A DNA stretch of 64,000 nt from Marsupella aquatica (lineage: Eukaryota > Plantae > Marchantiophyta): NCBI GenBank assembly GCA_973895155.1, contig OZ316893.1:19100857-19164856 (forward strand). Reading direction: 5' to 3'. Made by a program: the position numbers and the translations under genes. Positions 61,300 through 64,000 of the stretch are shown one piece after another (the first letter of the stretch is position 1; every line of letters begins with the position of its first letter). The notes below the pieces were generated by a model. It saw only the letters and a program-made list of their open reading frames with translations. It did not search any database and was not told the DNA's origin.

Positions 61300-63200
61300 A
61301 ACAATTCATCTGCTCTCGGATTGTACTAAATGATGCCGCTCGTGTTTTCTGTGCAGCCGGAATATCTGTTTCTTATTACTCTGCTCTTCGTATTTGTCTT
61401 CATAGGGGTTGAAATAACCAAGCCAGACAAACCAAGCAACTTTGAGTACGACCCGAACTTTCCAGGCCCGGGTTATAAGCCATGATATATGTGACATTAT
61501 TGATCAAATTGCCATAGCGGGATCCCAGCAGTACTTAAACTGAGCAATTTCAAGACTCCTCTAGCAGTAACATTTGCCAGGTTGAAGCTAGCACAAAAGT
61601 AGACTTGTCGATTGAGAGTGCTGTAGTCCTTCCAGTAAAGGGGTTCGCTTGAGAACTGATCGCTAGGAATTTCATGGAGCATTTATATACAGTCCTGAGC
61701 ATGTAAAAATGTTCGTGTACAGCTGTTTTTTATGTCTGCCAGTGAGACAGGAAATTGTACCAAAATGGTAGATTTAACTACAGGAACAAGTGAGTGTGTG
61801 GCCACCTTGTATTTGCGAGGTACGTGTACAACTTTCAAATACTATCTGTACTCTTTCACCTTCATAGCTCTCCTTGGCAAGAACTTACTTCTGGCCTTGT
61901 CTCTATGTTAGATATCCTTTCATCTTTGATTTGGGCTCTTATCAAACACTACTTGAGTATTTGTGTTTGGCTCAAAATTTCTTTTTGGTGCAACAGAAGG
62001 AACATTATTTCAGTACTCGTGTGATGCATTAAATTTGTATTATTGGTACCAAAGATGATGTGCACCCAAAGAGGCATGGAAAAGACTTATTAGTGTCCGT
62101 GCCAATAGTGTCTGCACGAGGAGATGGACAATAGTTGAAAGATAAGCCCCAGGAAACCCATGCGGTTCGTACCTATAGTAGCAACCAGCCAGCGGCACTA
62201 AAAGTTTAACGGGAAGGTCTGCATTGAGTGCAAACGTCCAAATCGATCACTTCCAGTAATCACACCTGCCAATAGTCGACCTTGTACAAGGGGAGGACTG
62301 GGAGACAGAGATACCATCCTGTAATGGCATCAATGCTCTCCAAAAACAAAAGGTAGTTGAAGTGGGTGTTAATTGCTAAATTGGTTTTAGGCCAAAACGA
62401 CCTTTAGCATCTGGGCAGAAGGAAATTTGTCTTCGCCTATGTGGACTTGCAGTATATTGCTGTTTTAATAAATGAAAAAGCTACAGCAAGCGGCCTGAAC
62501 AGAGTATCATCAATAATCCTTTCCTTTGGAAGAGATCTAGGATTATCTCCATGAACAGACACGCAGATAATTAGGGGATTCAGGATGGTACCCGTCATAT
62601 CAATAGTCGAAATACAAGCTCTACGTAAGTCCCCTAGGTAGGGAGTAGGCAAATGCAAGAATTCAGACGATCTATGTCATAACTCCACAACTTCAAACGT
62701 TTGCTGATCATAACCTTTTCTTAAGGAACCCTTACAGACAAAAGCTGCGCCACCACCATTTAAACCCATTGTGTGAATTCGGGTCAGGACGAGTGGTGGC
62801 GTAGTTGTCAATTTTTTTCTCAACAACTGCACCTAAGTTTCAATTTCTATTTAGACTCCCGAGCGCCAGATGATGGAGCTGAGTACCCTACCGAAGTTAC
62901 ACCTTACAAGGGAATCAAAATATTGGCTTGTAATCTAACGTTTCCACCCAGAATAACTTGTGTGAAGTTCAGTGACAAAGCATGCGTGGAAATACTGCGT
63001 CCACAGAACTAAGCAAAGACATTCCTTTTCTCCTGGTCATGATCCATGTTCCAAGACATTAGCGCACTTGGACTATGCCAGCACTAACAAGCTTTTGTAT
63101 CTTCCCCATCACCATAGGATTCTTCATATGCTCTTGAGCGGACTTGGGATTCTCTTGGAAATCTGTCAAGACCTGTTCAACGCAAAGCACAAACTCCAGC
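61300..63200 (-). mobile_element. Possible ancient L1-type LINE relic (ORF1 knuckle and APE endonuclease fragments), antisense within the PnsB5 intron
   Basis: Frameshifted hints appear in the expected order: C-x2-C-x4-H-like (~63070), WNVR-like (~62945), xESK, NGGGAAFV, LIICVSVHG and HFN. All are weak. Confidence 0.3.
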
Positions 63201-64000
63201 TTCAATACTCTTAAGGACCTTCACTGTGAGGGTATGCCCATCAGCTACATCAACAGGACTACCGCAAAAGTCAGGTCTAGTACATTACTTCATGGGTGTA
63301 ATCATATAAGATACCGTTCCTAATATTTCAACTTTCGGCCCCAGTCCAGAATCGATATGAAAACTTCACGCAACCAGCAAGTTAAGAATGAGAAGACCTC
63401 AGAATCCAGATGAGCAGCTCATTGTGTCCACAGCGAGGACTGTGAACACAGCAATCCATGGTCAGGATATTACCTGTCTCATGACAGGATCTGATAAAAT
63501 TTGCTGAATTTCTGGGTCTTGCATTGCCTTGGCCTGTACAAAAGACGGCCAAAAATGTCAACAGAGTTAGTACTCCGAAGCACATCATGATTGGATTCAG
63601 CAGGGAAGAAAGCTGATCGGCGCAAGCAAGACCCTAGCTGCTTTTAATCATTTTGGTCAAGAAATAGATCCAAGGATTAAAAAACATTCAACTAGTTTGG
63701 AAAATAAATTTGAAACAAGACAAAAACACTTTTACTCATTTCATTACCAATATTCTCATTTAATCGAGACGTTAGCAACACATTCTCTACTTCTTGAAAC
63801 GCACAAACTTCAGTTCACACCGAGCTCCACTGCTAAAAGTAACTTGAATAGTAGAGAAAGTACCTGTCTCTCCTTCAGGTCTTCAGCACTAATATCGCCT
63901 CTGTTAGTTTTGTTAATTTGCTCTATGCATCTGCCACCCAGCCCCCAAAACACATGTTACTTTACTGAACGCAAAGCAGCATAACGATGCACCTGAACTT

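Overview
Gene-dense nuclear DNA of a land plant, probably non-seed (inferred from a mitochondrial-type trnV-UAC remnant and the gene content). No prokaryotic systems or CRISPR arrays were found. I reconstructed nine nuclear genes by hand, seven with GT-AG-spliced CDS and two with single-exon CDS: RBM19/MRD1 (-), PAM16 (+), Borealin-related BORR (-), a 74-aa conserved membrane microprotein (+), RUS5-like (-), an intronless Nudix-fold protein (-), intronless YJU2/CCDC94 (+), cytochrome c1 (-) and the 5' part of PnsB5/NDH18 (+). Mobile DNA comprises a defective Ty1/copia element whose 5' LTR is itself preceded by a PPT-bearing 3' internal fragment and a perfect hairpin, a related solo LTR with a near-perfect TSD, two Helitron-like 3' ends carrying a shared minisatellite, a degenerate RLE-type (CRE-like) non-LTR retrotransposon, and weak Gypsy and L1 relics. 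I see no convincing new multi-gene system; the best leads are the retroelement architectures. Gene identities rest on recalled family motifs, not database searches.
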